A stretch of DNA of 64,000 nucleotides from an uncultured Gammaproteobacteria bacterium (GCA_963783675.1 CAWAOU010000001.1:15905-79904); one strand, 5' to 3'. Numbered from the stretch's first letter, positions 1 through 9,366 are shown. Translations and numbers: made by a program. The notes: generated from the sequence alone by a model not told the origin.

Positions 1-1395
1 GCGACGGTCGTGTCGGTCAAGGCATCGAGGCCGACGTAGACGATGCCCTTGCGCCGGATCACGTCCAGCCACTCGAAGATCGGGCGGCTGTCGTCCTCGT
101 TCAGGTAGTTCGGGGAGATCAGCTCCGCGAGCTTGCCGGTGGTGAGCTTTTCCATCAGCGGTCCTACCGAGCTCACGATCTTGTCGAAGTAGGTCTTGTC
201 GTACTTGAACGCCGAGACCAGTCCATCGAGTACCGGGTCGTAGAGGTCCTGCGTCTGCAGGTAGCGCATCATGGCGATCGCATCCCGGTCGCGGCCCCTG
301 CAGCGCTGACGAGAGATTGCGCTCGCTGATCTTGGCGGCGATCTCCTCGACCTCCGTCGCCCAGTTCTCGACGCCGTTACGGCGCAGATGCTCGCGCGCG
401 TACTCGACGAACAGCGGCTCGATGTCGTTGATGTAGCGCCGGATCTGCTGGTAGTCCGGCCGCCGGCCGAGCGCCACCAGCGCACGGGCAATGATATTGA
501 CGAAGCGCCAGGCGAACTCCTTGAAGGCGGCCGAGTTGCCCTCGCTCGGCAGCTGGTTCGCGATCCGGGTCGCCACCTCGGTGATGCGCGAGAAACTGCC
601 GATCGCGTTGTAGCGCGCCGACACCTCGGGAAAGCCGAGATGGAACAGGTAGAAGTCCTTGGCGCGGCCGGCCCGCTTGGCTTCTGCGTACACGCGCCGC
701 AGCAGGTCGGCATCGCCCTTCGGGTCGAAGACGATGACCACATCGCCGCGGCGGATGTCCTGGGTGATGAGGATCTCGGCGAGCCGGGTCTTGCCGACCC
801 GGGTGGTGCCGAGCACCAGGGTGTGGCCGACGCGCTCGCCAAGATCCATCCAGACATCTTGCTCGTTGGGCTCCACCGCATGCAGCGCCGGCGTGCCGCC
901 GACCGCAGCGAGGGGCTTGAGCGGATTCCACCAGACGCGCGCTGACGCAGCAGCCAGGCGAAGGCGCTCGAGTACCGGCACGCGATTCCCAGGCGATCTC
1001 CTTCTGCCGCGCCCATCGATAGAGCGTCCCGGGCTGCACGTAGTGCTGCACCTCCGGGCGGATGGTGTCGCGCAGGCGCTGGGTGTGTCGTTGGGTCCAG
1101 CGGAATCCGCGGCCAAGGAACAGCTTGTGGCGACTCAGCGGAATGCGGTCCGCGCGCAGCCGATAGGTCGGCAGGCGCCGCATGTTGCGCTGGTAGCGCA
1201 GGACCCGCCAGGCCTGGCGGGTGCGGACGAACGCCAAGCACGAACAGCGCGGCGGCCGCGGCGCATGGCGATGCCGGGTGGCATCATCAGTGCCCAGGGC
1301 GCCAGGAGCGCCATGCTGCCCGTGGCCGCCGCGACCAGCGCCGACCAGAGCTCTACCGGCGGGCGCAGCAGCGCCTCGACGGGATGCGGACTCAT
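1..1395 (-). pseudogene. traD: ICE coupling protein TraD (PFGI-1/ICEclc class), degraded left-arm copy; continues beyond window start
   Basis: Minus-strand translation starts MSPHPVEALLRPPVELW (ATG 1395..1393) and parallels the copy at 11246... The homologous reading changes frame at least four times (~1262, ~1245, ~975, ~295). Walker A GTTRVGKT is readable at ~787-810 in a shifted frame. Confidence 0.85.
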
Positions 1396-1977
1396 TGCTC
1401 GATGCCGCGCCGGGAGATCAGGACCGGGATGTGCTCGAGTCCGAGGGCCCGCGCGATATCGGTGGCCGGCGCCGGCAGGATCGGGCAGCCCTTTGGCCAG
1501 TCGGGCGATCGTCCGCAGGTCATCGACCGTGTCGGCCTCGACCAGCATCCCGGCCGCGCCGATCTCGGCCAGTCGGTCGCGGTGGGTGGCGAGCCACTCC
1601 CTGGAGCGCGGATCGGAGCCGATCAGAAAGAACGGCCGCGGCAGTGTCGCCCCATTGGGCAGGCGCAGCGGCCGCCGCGTCACCGGTCCAGGCGTGAGCC
1701 CGGGCGTTCGGATCGGCAACAGGCGTGTCAGATCGGCGACACCCAATTCAGGGGTTGGCGGTGGCGCCGGACTGGCCTGCGGCTTGCCGGCTCGATCGGG
1801 TGCTTCGTCGAATACCGCGAGGAAGGGCGCCAGGGGCTGGGTATTGCCACTGTCGTAGATCACGGCCAGCGCGGCGAATACGCCTGTCGGGGCCGAAAGA
1901 ACCCCGATCAGGAGGGCCCGGCCGATCAGGCGTTTGGCCTTGTCTCGATGGCTTTCCACGCTCACCGCCTTACCCAT
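1392..1977 (-). pseudogene. ICE protein, PFL_4695-like family (TIGR03765-like), frameshifted near the C-terminus
   Basis: MGKAVSVESHRDKAKRLIGRALLIGVLSAP...VIYDSGNTQPLAPFL...FFLIGSDPRSREWLATHRDRLAEIGAAGMLVEA parallels the intact gene 10695..11249. After ...LAKGLP (~1490) the homologous tail (ILPAPATDIARALGLEHIPVLISRRGIEQ) is in another frame. The expected stop overlaps the traD' ATG (ATGA). Confidence 0.7.
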
Positions 1978-2521
1978 GCCCGGTGAGTCGCTGCCAATGC
2001 TTGAATACCCGCGCCCGATAACCGGCGGCCCGTTCTGCATTGTTCGGCGCGTGGTAGCAGCCGACAGCCTCCCACCAGTCCTGTCGGTCACTGAAAACAT
2101 TCCTGCAGGATCGCTGCCCCGACGCGCAGGTTGTGATACGGATCGAGGGCACGCTGCGCACTGCCGAGGCGATCGCGGTGATAGCGCCAGTTGACCTGCA
2201 TGAGCCCGATATCGATCGACGTAGTCCCCTGGTCGAGCGCCCGGCGCAAGGCATCCCGAGCCGCTTGCTGCGAGGCAAAGAAATGCCCCCGGCCTCGGAC
2301 ATTCAGGGTCCAGGGCCAGGGGCGAAGGTTGCCTGTACTGTCGATCCGACGGGCAGATTCCGTCAGACCGATGGCGTACAGGACTTCGGGGGGGATCTGA
2401 TAGGCGTTGGCAACCGATTGGTAACCGGCCGGCACCGACGCACATGGCCGCACTGACCCAGTGTCAACAAGAGGGCAAACAGCCCACCGAGGATCGGCAG
2501 CGGTTGCGGCGACATCGTCAT
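1970..2521 (-). pseudogene. Lytic transglycosylase (SLT domain) of the ICE transfer region, frame-disrupted at both ends
   Basis: Core ORF 2088..2552 has LYAIGLTESARRIDSTGNLRPWPWTLNVRG...DIGLMQVNWRYH, matching 10136..10684. The signal-peptide segment (MTMSPQPLPILGGLFALLLTLGQ) and the last ~40 aa (SDRQDWWEAVGCYHAPN...) sit in other frames. Confidence 0.75.
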
Positions 2522-3297
2522 AGCGCCGAGGCCGGCAGCACGGCGAGCACATCGCCGCGGCGGCGCAACAGATACGGCGGCTGCCCCTGCCCCCGGCTCA
2601 GCTCGGCCAGCGCACCGGCGTCATGATTGAGGGTGACGCGACGGGTGCGTACCCAGATCGGTTCGATGGCCTGGCCATTCGCCCATTCACGCACGGCCGC
2701 ATCATCGCCTGGCTCGGCACCGATCAGATAGATGTCGATGCCGGCCACCGCATTGATCTTGCCGAGCAGTCGGCGCAGCACGGCGTCGCAGACGGCACAA
2801 TCGGGCCGGGTGAAAAACAGCACCCGGTCCTCCGACTGCAGCTCGACGTCGGTCGTCGACGCTGCCGGCAGCTGCGCACGGTCGATCAGGCTCTCGGCCG
2901 GAAACAGGCGTTTCCAGGCCGCGTCGTAGGCATGCTGAAAGGCCAGAATGCGGTCCGCATCATCGCGCATCATCTGCGCCCAGCGTTCGGCATAGCGCCG
3001 GCGCTCGGCCTCATCCCGCGCATGGATCCCCAACACCTCGATCGGTGAGAGGTTCGCCGGACTGATACTGCCCCGGATGCCTTCCATCAGGCTTTGGTAG
3101 CGGCGCCACTCGGATTCAGAAATCTGCCAGGTCTCGGCACGTTGTCTTTCCAGCGGCGAGAGCGGCGTCGTGATCTGCGTCGTCTGCCCAAGTGCCGAGC
3201 GCGCGGCCTCTGAGGACATCGGCTGATTCGCGTCGACCGATGACATCACCAAGATCGCCAAGAGGGTGCCGGCAAGGGGCTGCCCACACTGGATCAT
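2518..3297 (-). CDS. ICE protein, PFL_4693-like family (TIGR03759-like), thioredoxin-like CxxC; intact copy
   Basis: 259-aa uninterrupted ORF. Contains TPLSPLERQRAETWQISESEWRRYQSLMEGIRGSISPANLSPIEVLGIHARDE...FFTRPDCAVCD...VTLNHDAGALAEL...PYLLRRRGDVLAVLPASAL. Collinear homologue of 9347..10139. Confidence 0.7.
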   Translation of the reverse strand: MIQCGQPLAGTLLAILVMSSVDANQPMSSEAARSALGQTTQITTPLSPLERQRAETWQISESEWRRYQSLMEGIRGSISPANLSPIEVLGIHARDEAERRRYAERWAQMMRDDADRILAFQHAYDAAWKRLFPAESLIDRAQLPAASTTDVELQSEDRVLFFTRPDCAVCDAVLRRLLGKINAVAGIDIYLIGAEPGDDAAVREWANGQAIEPIWVRTRRVTLNHDAGALAELSRGQGQPPYLLRRRGDVLAVLPASAL

Positions 3298-3506
3298 CGG
3301 GGCGCCTCCCCGGTCCAGGGACGCGAGAGGTCTCGCTGGGGCAACGGTCCTTCACCGTATCGACAGGGCTGTTGCTCGGTTGTCGGTGTCATCTGATCGA
3401 CCGGCGCTACCATTGCGGCTCCGGCTGCATGTTCTGCGGCGGGTGGCTGATCCGAGCCGAGGCTCACGGCACCGATCACCAGTAGCAGGACAAGGACGAT
3501 TTCCAT
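3294..3506 (-). CDS. Small single-TM protein between the pilL-like and PFL_4693-like genes
   Basis: MEIVLVLLLVIGAVSLGS... is the positional homologue of 9097..9366 (MEIVFAILILIGAMAAGS...). ATGA overlap with the downstream start. No family recognised. Confidence 0.35.
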   Translation of the reverse strand: MEIVLVLLLVIGAVSLGSDQPPAAEHAAGAAMVAPVDQMTPTTEQQPCRYGEGPLPQRDLSRPWTGEAPR

Positions 3507-3510
3507 CGGC

Positions 3511-3991
3511 TTACCTCGATGGCACAGCGGGCGATACAGCCGGCTCTGGTTGCGCGGCAACACAGCGCTCGAGACTGACAAGCCGGTGCAACGGATCCTC
3601 GACCAGGCGAAACGCCGGGCCGGCCAAGGTCTCGAGGGCGATCCGCAACGGCATCGGGCCCAACGCGCGATGTCCCTGCGGTAGTGGGAGTTTCAGCAGC
3701 GCGGCCCTTGCGGGACTTGCCGCTGCTTCGTCAGACTAGCCGATAACCGCTGGGCTCCAGCAGGTAGTGCATCGCCTGCCCGACGGTGATCACCGATGCA
3801 GGAAACACCACGTTGACGATCGCGGAGAGGAGTTGGACTTGCTCCTGCGTTGGCAGCGCCCGAACAGTCGCATAGCGACCGACCTGGATCTCCGAGGCGA
3901 AAACCACGGGTGGCGACATGAGCCCGAGCACGGTGAGTACACTGCCCAGCCGCCGGTATTGCGATCGGAGTCGCCGTTGAAATCGCCGCAT
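3511..3991 (-). pseudogene. pilL: PilL-like conjugative-transfer-region protein (TIGR03748-like), frameshifted
   Basis: ORF 3731..3991 gives MRRFQRRLRSQYRRLGSVLTVLGLMSPPVVFASEIQVGRYATVRALPTQEQVQLLSAIVNVVFPASVITVGQAMHYLLEPSGYRL and then a stop. Homology to 8613..9092 continues in the +1 frame (SDEAAASPARAALLKLPLPQGHRALGPMPL...LVEDPLHRLVSLERC). Confidence 0.6.
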
Positions 3992-4261
3992 CGTTCAGAC
4001 CCTTCGCCGCTGGGAGAACGTCCCTCACGTCCTCGTTAGGCGAATGTTGTCGCGGCAATCATCGGGAAGGAACGGAAAACCGCGGCACCGGGGCGCGCGG
4101 TTGTCGAACGGCGTGGATGGCGATCGGAATGTTCCGCGTGGAACCTTGGCTCAGCGATATTGGCAGTGACACGAAGCATTGATCTGCGTAGGCGCCTTCT
4201 CTGACCGTACATTTAAACAAAGGTGTGCGCACCGTCCCTACTCGCCGGCTTCACCGACCTA

Positions 4262-4382
4262 GGTAAACCTTATGGAAAGCTTTCCATAACGTCTATTTAG
4301 GAAAGTAATCGGTTATGTAAAGCAGCAAACACCACAGGCCACAAAATCAGAAAGTTACCTCTTCATCGCTTTACATAATATC
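4262..4382. repeat. RIT left terminus (palindromic core plus subterminal boxes)
   Basis: GGTAAACC-TTATGGAAAGCTTTCCATAA-CGTCTATTTAGGAAAGTAATCGGTTATGTAAAGC, then ~44 bp, then GCTTTACATAAT. About 55 of the first 65 positions match the reverse complement of the right terminus by hand alignment. Confidence 0.8.
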
Positions 4383-4436
4383 TCCGCTCGTTCCCCGTGG
4401 CCGCAAATGCCACCTAAAACCGACGGAGGATTATGT

Positions 4437-5705
4437 ATGAGTGCCCGCAACTCCAAATCCCAGAAGCTTTCGCTGGACGAATTGGTCTTTGGCGCCTTGA
4501 GCCAACTCCAGGTGCATGACTACGACCAACGCTCGATACGTCGCTACCAGACCGTGTGGCGAAAGTTGATCACCTTTGCCCGACGGCAAGGTTACAAAGG
4601 CAAACTTCGAGAGCAACTCATCCTCGATTTCCTGGCACACCATGAAATCAGTGCTCAAGTGCCGGTGGCGTCGTTGGAAGGATGGAAAAAACATGCCGAG
4701 CATGCCCTGAAGTTGTTATGGCACTACGCCCGCTTCGGTTACTTCGAACGCGGCAAGCAGCATGCCGCAAAGCTACGCATTCCGAGCGCCATGCAGAAAA
4801 GCCTGCGTGACTACACGAAATACTGCGAGGAGGAACGTTACCTGAGTCCTCGTACGGTGAACGATCATGTTCGACAGGTCGGCATCTTTCTCGACTTCCT
4901 GGGGAAGCGCGATGTCGACAACTTCAGCCGGATCCGTGCTGAAGATTTGTCAGACTTCGTTTATTCCCTGTCACGTTATCGCCGGAAAACGGTTGCCGTG
5001 ATCGTTTCCTGCGTGCGGCAATACCTCAGGTTTCTGTTCTACAAGAGACAAGTAGACCAAGACCTGAGCGACAGCATACCCGGGGTATGCTTGCCAGAAG
5101 GAGCCGCGATCCCTTCAGCCTGGGACAAGGAACTCCTTGCTCGGTTGCTGGACCGAATTGATCGGCATTCACCGAGGGGCAAGCGCGATTACGCCGTACT
5201 ACTGCTCGCCTGCCGGTTAGGCCTGCGATCCAGTGATATCAGGGCGCTGACCCTCGATCACATTGACTGGGCCGCAGAGACGATCACCTTCACCCAGGTC
5301 AAGACCGGAATGCCGTTGCGTTTGCCTTTGACCAATGAGGTAGGAAACGCGTTGATAGACTATCTCAGGTCCGTGCGTCCGGAAACGCAGTATCGCGAAG
5401 TCTTTCTCAGCTTGAGGCCACCTTTCAAGCCGTTCAGCAAGAACACTCACCTACACCATATCGTCAAGTACTGGCGAGAACTGGCTGGCATTCAATTCAA
5501 AAGCCCGCAGCGGCAAGGTTTGCATTCGCTGAGGCATAGCCTGGCGACACACTTGCTGGACGACGGTGCACCATTTTCCTTGATAGCCGAGATTCTGGGA
5601 CACGCCTCGACGTCCTCGACGATGATTTATGCCAAGGCGAGCGTCGAATCGTTACGGCAGGTCGCGTTGTCCACTCCGGAGGTGCGGCATGTCAACGAAG
5701 CGTAA
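4437..5705 (+). CDS. Tyrosine recombinase, RIT subunit A
   Basis: GGAGGA 6 nt upstream of ATG 4437. Motifs ACRLGLRSSDIRALTL (Arg I), HSLRHSLATHLL (HxxR), LGHASTSSTMIYAKA (catalytic Tyr). Confidence 0.9.
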   Translation: MSARNSKSQKLSLDELVFGALSQLQVHDYDQRSIRRYQTVWRKLITFARRQGYKGKLREQLILDFLAHHEISAQVPVASLEGWKKHAEHALKLLWHYARFGYFERGKQHAAKLRIPSAMQKSLRDYTKYCEEERYLSPRTVNDHVRQVGIFLDFLGKRDVDNFSRIRAEDLSDFVYSLSRYRRKTVAVIVSCVRQYLRFLFYKRQVDQDLSDSIPGVCLPEGAAIPSAWDKELLARLLDRIDRHSPRGKRDYAVLLLACRLGLRSSDIRALTLDHIDWAAETITFTQVKTGMPLRLPLTNEVGNALIDYLRSVRPETQYREVFLSLRPPFKPFSKNTHLHHIVKYWRELAGIQFKSPQRQGLHSLRHSLATHLLDDGAPFSLIAEILGHASTSSTMIYAKASVESLRQVALSTPEVRHVNEA

Positions 5706-6687
5706 GCTACTCAGCTATAAAAGCCCCCTGGCGCCGTTGATGGAACGGCTCGTGCGCGAGAAGCGTGCCGGCGGGTACAAGTACGACACGCCGGCGCGGG
5801 TACTCGTAGATCTTGACGATTTCCTGTGCGGCACGACCATCAAGTCCATTGAATTGCCGAAAGCGCTCGTCACGCAATGGCTGGCGCAAAATCCGCATGA
5901 GCAGCCCTCAACACAGCAACGCCGGATTATTCTTGTACGACAACTGGCGCGCTTGATGATACGGCTGGGTTATCCCGCGTATGTCCCGCCCGAAGGTCTC
6001 GGTCCCCGCCGTTCCTATATCTTCTCGCCCAGAATCCTGACGCGCGAGGAGGTGCACCGGATCATTCAAGCCATCGACAACCTTCCGCCCAGCTCGAAAT
6101 CGCCGCTTCGCCACATCATCCTGCCCGAAGTGTTCCGCTTGCTGTATGGCTGCGGCTTTCGACTGAGCGAGGTATTGAACCTGAAAGTCCGTGATGTCGA
6201 TCTTCAACAAGGTGTCATCACGGTACGGCAGGGCAAGTTCGGCAAGGATCGTCTCGTGCCACCCGCCATGGAGATGGTGGAGCGCTTGCGACGCTACGCC
6301 GGTGAACTGGAAAAACGAACCCTGGCAAGGCAAGAGCCTGAAGCGTACTTCTTCCCGTCCGCCCGACAAGCCGCCTGGGGCAACTCGACTATCTACCACC
6401 TCTTTCGCAAGGCGTTGCTCCACTGCGGCATCCCGCACGGCGGACGAGGCAAGGGACCCAGAGTCCACGACCTGCGCCATGCCTTCGCCGTTCACCGTCT
6501 ATTGCAGTGGTATGAGGAAGGCGCTGACCTGAACGCCAAGTTGCCCTTTCTCGTTGCCTATCTCGGCCACAAGGATTTTACCGGCACGCAGAAATACCTT
6601 CACCTGACCGCCGAGCTGTTCCCGGAACTGACCGCGCGAATGAATCAGCAATTTGGCGGCGTGATACCGCAGGGGAGGCAATCATGA
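5689..6687 (+). CDS. Tyrosine recombinase, RIT subunit B
   Basis: GGAGG upstream of ATG 5689; overlaps the A stop by 17 nt. Motifs GCGFRLSEVLNLKVRDV, HDLRHAFAVHRL, LGHKDFTGTQKYLHL. Confidence 0.9.
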   Translation: MSTKRKLLSYKSPLAPLMERLVREKRAGGYKYDTPARVLVDLDDFLCGTTIKSIELPKALVTQWLAQNPHEQPSTQQRRIILVRQLARLMIRLGYPAYVPPEGLGPRRSYIFSPRILTREEVHRIIQAIDNLPPSSKSPLRHIILPEVFRLLYGCGFRLSEVLNLKVRDVDLQQGVITVRQGKFGKDRLVPPAMEMVERLRRYAGELEKRTLARQEPEAYFFPSARQAAWGNSTIYHLFRKALLHCGIPHGGRGKGPRVHDLRHAFAVHRLLQWYEEGADLNAKLPFLVAYLGHKDFTGTQKYLHLTAELFPELTARMNQQFGGVIPQGRQS

Positions 6688-7691
6688 AGTCAGCAACATT
6701 TTCCAGGCATGTCAGTCACTTCCTCGGCCATTACCTTGCAGGCCAACGAAATCTGAGCCCAAACACCATCAAGGCGTATCGTGACGTCTTTGTGCTGCTA
6801 CTGCGATTTTGCCGGGATGTACAAGGCATCGCTGTTGAAAAACTTGCGCTCGAGCAGATCGATGCTCGGTTGGTCGGCGCCTTTCTCGACCATCTGGAAC
6901 ATGAACGCCATTGCGCGATCCGTACGCTCAATCAACGGCTGGCCGTATTGCATGCGTTCTTCCGATATCTGCAAGTCGAAGAACCCGCACTGTCGCTGCA
7001 AAGCCAGCGGGTCCTCGCCATCCCGTTACGCCGCTTTACTCGTCATGAAGTAGGCTACCTGTCCAGGGATCAGCTCGCTGCGCTTCTGGCTCAACCGGAC
7101 CCCGGACGGCCCGCCGGCAGGCGAGATGCGGTACTGCTCAGTGTTCTCTATGACTCGGGAGCCCGCGTGCAGGAACTCATTGACCTGACGGCCGGCGATG
7201 TGCGTCTGGAAGCCCCCGCGCAAGTGAGGATCCTGGGCAAGGGACGCAAAGTGCGGGTCGTACCGTTGATGGAGAATACCGCCCGGCTAATGCAGCAGTA
7301 CATTGACGAGAACAATCTGGCCCTGCCTGAAAACTACGACCGCCCGTTGTTCCGAAACAAACAAGGTAATCCGTTGACCCGGGTCGGGGTCAACTACATT
7401 CTGCAAAAGTACCTGCAGAAGTTGCGGGAGACCCGTCCCGATCTGAAACAAAAAGTCAGCCCCCATACCCTGAGACACACGAAGGCAATGCACCTCGTTC
7501 AGGGTGGCGTCTCTCTGGATATCGTGCGTGACTTTCTAGGCCACGTCGACATCAAGACCACCGAGCTGTATGCGAGAGCGAATCTCGAGATGAAGCGAGC
7601 AGCGATCGAAAAAGTCAGTGCAACACCTGCCCCTGACATTCCTTCGTGGAAGGAAAACAAGTCGCTGCTGCAATGGCTGCAAAGTCTATAA
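6684..7691 (+). CDS. Tyrosine recombinase, RIT subunit C
   Basis: ATGA overlap with the B stop. Motifs DSGARVQELIDLTAGDV, HTLRHTKAMHLV, LGHVDIKTTELYARA. Confidence 0.9.
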   Translation: MKSATFSRHVSHFLGHYLAGQRNLSPNTIKAYRDVFVLLLRFCRDVQGIAVEKLALEQIDARLVGAFLDHLEHERHCAIRTLNQRLAVLHAFFRYLQVEEPALSLQSQRVLAIPLRRFTRHEVGYLSRDQLAALLAQPDPGRPAGRRDAVLLSVLYDSGARVQELIDLTAGDVRLEAPAQVRILGKGRKVRVVPLMENTARLMQQYIDENNLALPENYDRPLFRNKQGNPLTRVGVNYILQKYLQKLRETRPDLKQKVSPHTLRHTKAMHLVQGGVSLDIVRDFLGHVDIKTTELYARANLEMKRAAIEKVSATPAPDIPSWKENKSLLQWLQSL

Positions 7692-7740
7692 AGGGCATGA
7701 TCATGCCGAATCGAAGTCGTGGGCCACCTGTGACCAGCGA

Positions 7741-7860
7741 CGCATTATGTAAAGCGTTTGGGAAGCAAGTCTTCGATGTTATTGGCTTTTGCCGAGCTCG
7801 TTTGCATAACCACTTACTTTCCTAAATAAACCTTATGGAAAGCTTTCCATAACGTGTACC
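7741..7860. repeat. RIT right terminus (inverted copy of the left terminus)
   Basis: ATTATGTAAAGC, then ~43 bp, then GCATAACCACTTACTTTCCTAAATAAACC-TTATGGAAAGCTTTCCATAA-CGTGTACC. Confidence 0.8.
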
Positions 7861-7970
7861 TCGGTCAATGACGGTTATGTCAGCGGATTGAGGAGGGCGG
7901 CTCGATCGATCGTGGTCCCCCGAAAAATGCCATTATTGCAATCAATCTCATGCGCATTCGGAGATGGCCG

Positions 7971-8207
7971 ATGGCAAACCTTGTCATCCGAAACTTGGAT
8001 CCCCGCATCGTCGATGCGCTGAAGCGGCGTGCTGCGAAAAACGGTCGTAGCGCCGAGGCCGAGCATCGTGCCTTGCTCGAGGAGTTATTGTTGCGCCCCA
8101 AGGGCAAGAGTTTCGCGGAGGCCCTCGTGAGCATGCCGAACGTCGGCGAGGACGAAGACTTCGAACGGGGAAAGGACCCGATCGAACACGATCGTGTATT
8201 TGATTGA
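7971..8207 (+). CDS. Ribbon-helix-helix antitoxin (FitA/VapB-like, plasmid-stability type)
   Basis: MANLVIRNLDPRIVDALKRRAAKNGRSAEAEHRALLEELL is typical of Arc/FitA-type RHH antitoxins. Overlaps the downstream PIN ORF by 14 nt. An ATTGCAAT palindrome lies at 7935-7942 upstream. Confidence 0.7.
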   Translation: MANLVIRNLDPRIVDALKRRAAKNGRSAEAEHRALLEELLLRPKGKSFAEALVSMPNVGEDEDFERGKDPIEHDRVFD

Positions 8208-8568
8208 CACCAATGTCATCAGTGAGTCGCGTAAGCGGTCAAAGGCCGACAGCGGTGTTCGGGGGTTCTTTAGGCGGGTGGCCAAAACGGACATCGCCCG
8301 GCGCTGCGGCCGGCTGCGTGTGCCTCATCCAGAAAATGTGCTCGACAAGAAGGTCGCCGCAACCGCATTGATCTACGACCTGACGGTTGTTATGCGCAAT
8401 CACAAGGATTTCTCGAAAACAGATGTTCGGCTGCTGAATCCCTTCAAGCAATGTCCGATGTTCTGCGCGGAACATCGTTCTTCTCATCCGCGCCGTCCCA
8501 CAACCGCGCAGGCCCGTGCCGTGGTTTTCCGTTCCTTCCAAGTGACCGTCGCGACAGCATTCGCCTAA
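8194..8568 (+). pseudogene. vapC: VapC/FitB-like PIN toxin with internal deletion and lost stop
   Basis: MYLIDTNVISESRKRSKADSGVRGFF... jumps directly to ...GRLRVPHPENVLDKKVAATALIYDLTVVMRNHKDFSKTDVRLLNPF. About 45-50 central residues expected in FitB/VapC are absent. The ORF then reads ~40 codons on into the right ICE arm. Confidence 0.6.
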
Positions 8569-8612
8569 CGAGGACGTGAGGGACGTTCTCCCCCTGGCAA
8601 AGGGTCTGAACG

Positions 8613-9092
8613 ATGCGGCGATTTCAACGGCGATTTCCATCGCAATACCGGCAGTTGGGCAGTGCACTCGCACTGCTCGGGCTCGTGTCGTCACCTATTG
8701 TGTTTGCCGTCGAGGTCCAAGTAGGTCGATATGCGACCGTTCGGGCGCTGCCAACCCAGGAGCAGATCCAACTCCTCTCGACGATCGTCAATGTGGCGTT
8801 TCCTGCTTCGGTGATCACCGTCGGCCAAGCGGTCGAGTACCTGTTGCAGCCAAGCGGCTACCGCCTGGCTCCCGAGCAGACCGCGGAGCTCGCCCGGGCA
8901 ACCCTTCTTAAGCTTCCACTGCCGGAACCGCACCGGATGTTGGGACCGATGCCGCTGAAAACCGCCCTTGAAACCTTGGTAGGTCAGGCCTTTCGGCTGG
9001 TGGAGGATCCCGTGCACCGATTGGTGAGCTTTGAGCGCTGTGAGCCCGTTAGGCACTGGCCATCCGCCAGCGCAGAAGCTGGAGCGAGGTGA
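8613..9092 (+). CDS. pilL: PilL-like conjugative-transfer-region protein (TIGR03748-like), intact copy
   Basis: 159-aa ORF: MRRFQRRFPSQYRQLGSALALLGLVSSPIVFAVEVQVGRYATVRALPTQEQIQLLSTIVNVAFPASVITVGQAVEYLLQPSGYRLAPEQ... First gene of the block, collinear with PFGI-1 PFL_469x genes. Confidence 0.6.
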   Translation: MRRFQRRFPSQYRQLGSALALLGLVSSPIVFAVEVQVGRYATVRALPTQEQIQLLSTIVNVAFPASVITVGQAVEYLLQPSGYRLAPEQTAELARATLLKLPLPEPHRMLGPMPLKTALETLVGQAFRLVEDPVHRLVSFERCEPVRHWPSASAEAGAR

Positions 9093-9096
9093 GCCC

Positions 9097-9366
9097 ATGG
9101 AGATCGTGTTTGCCATTCTGATCCTGATCGGCGCCATGGCTGCCGGCTCAAACGCGTCGACTACCGACGAAATCCGCACCGAGAAAAATCTCGTGGCCGA
9201 GTCTAAGGAAACCGGAACTGCGCCTCGCGTAGAGACGAGGCATGGCCCTTGCCGGTTCCCAGCCGGGCGGCTCATCCAACGGGATCTGACGGTACCGCGT
9301 GCGTCGACCGCGGTGAATTCTGGCGTGAACTCTGAAGAGGCGAGGCATGGTTGCGCCGACCAATAG
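9097..9366 (+). CDS. Small single-TM protein
   Basis: MEIVFAILILIGAMAAGS...; GAGG upstream. Positional homologue of 3294..3506. Confidence 0.35.
   Translation: MEIVFAILILIGAMAAGSNASTTDEIRTEKNLVAESKETGTAPRVETRHGPCRFPAGRLIQRDLTVPRASTAVNSGVNSEEARHGCADQ

Larger units (their letters stand above)
4262..7860 (+). mobile_element. Recombinase-in-trio (RIT) element: three overlapping tyrosine recombinase genes bounded by structured ~120-bp termini
   Basis: Three tandem same-strand integrase-family ORFs with 17-nt and 4-nt overlaps. The termini 4262-4382 and 7741-7860 are imperfect inverted repeats, each with the 20-bp palindrome TTATGGAAAGCTTTCCATAA. Visibly lower GC than the flanks. Confidence 0.85.

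Noticed and set aside
659-1858. Long ORFs antisense to recognised genes: 659..1858, 13288..14196, 20056..21027, 35929..36531, 38370..39251, 39618..41249, 11663..12832 and 28658..29638.
   Set aside because: These are Arg/Pro/Gly-rich shadow ORFs typical of the opposite strand of high-GC coding DNA. Each overlaps a gene with clear family motifs.
3693-4058. ORFs 3693..4058 (-) and 8576..8911 (+), which overlap the pilL-like genes in another frame.
   Set aside because: Both are alternative-frame readings of the same conserved DNA. The pilL-like frame has the signal peptide and conserved motifs.
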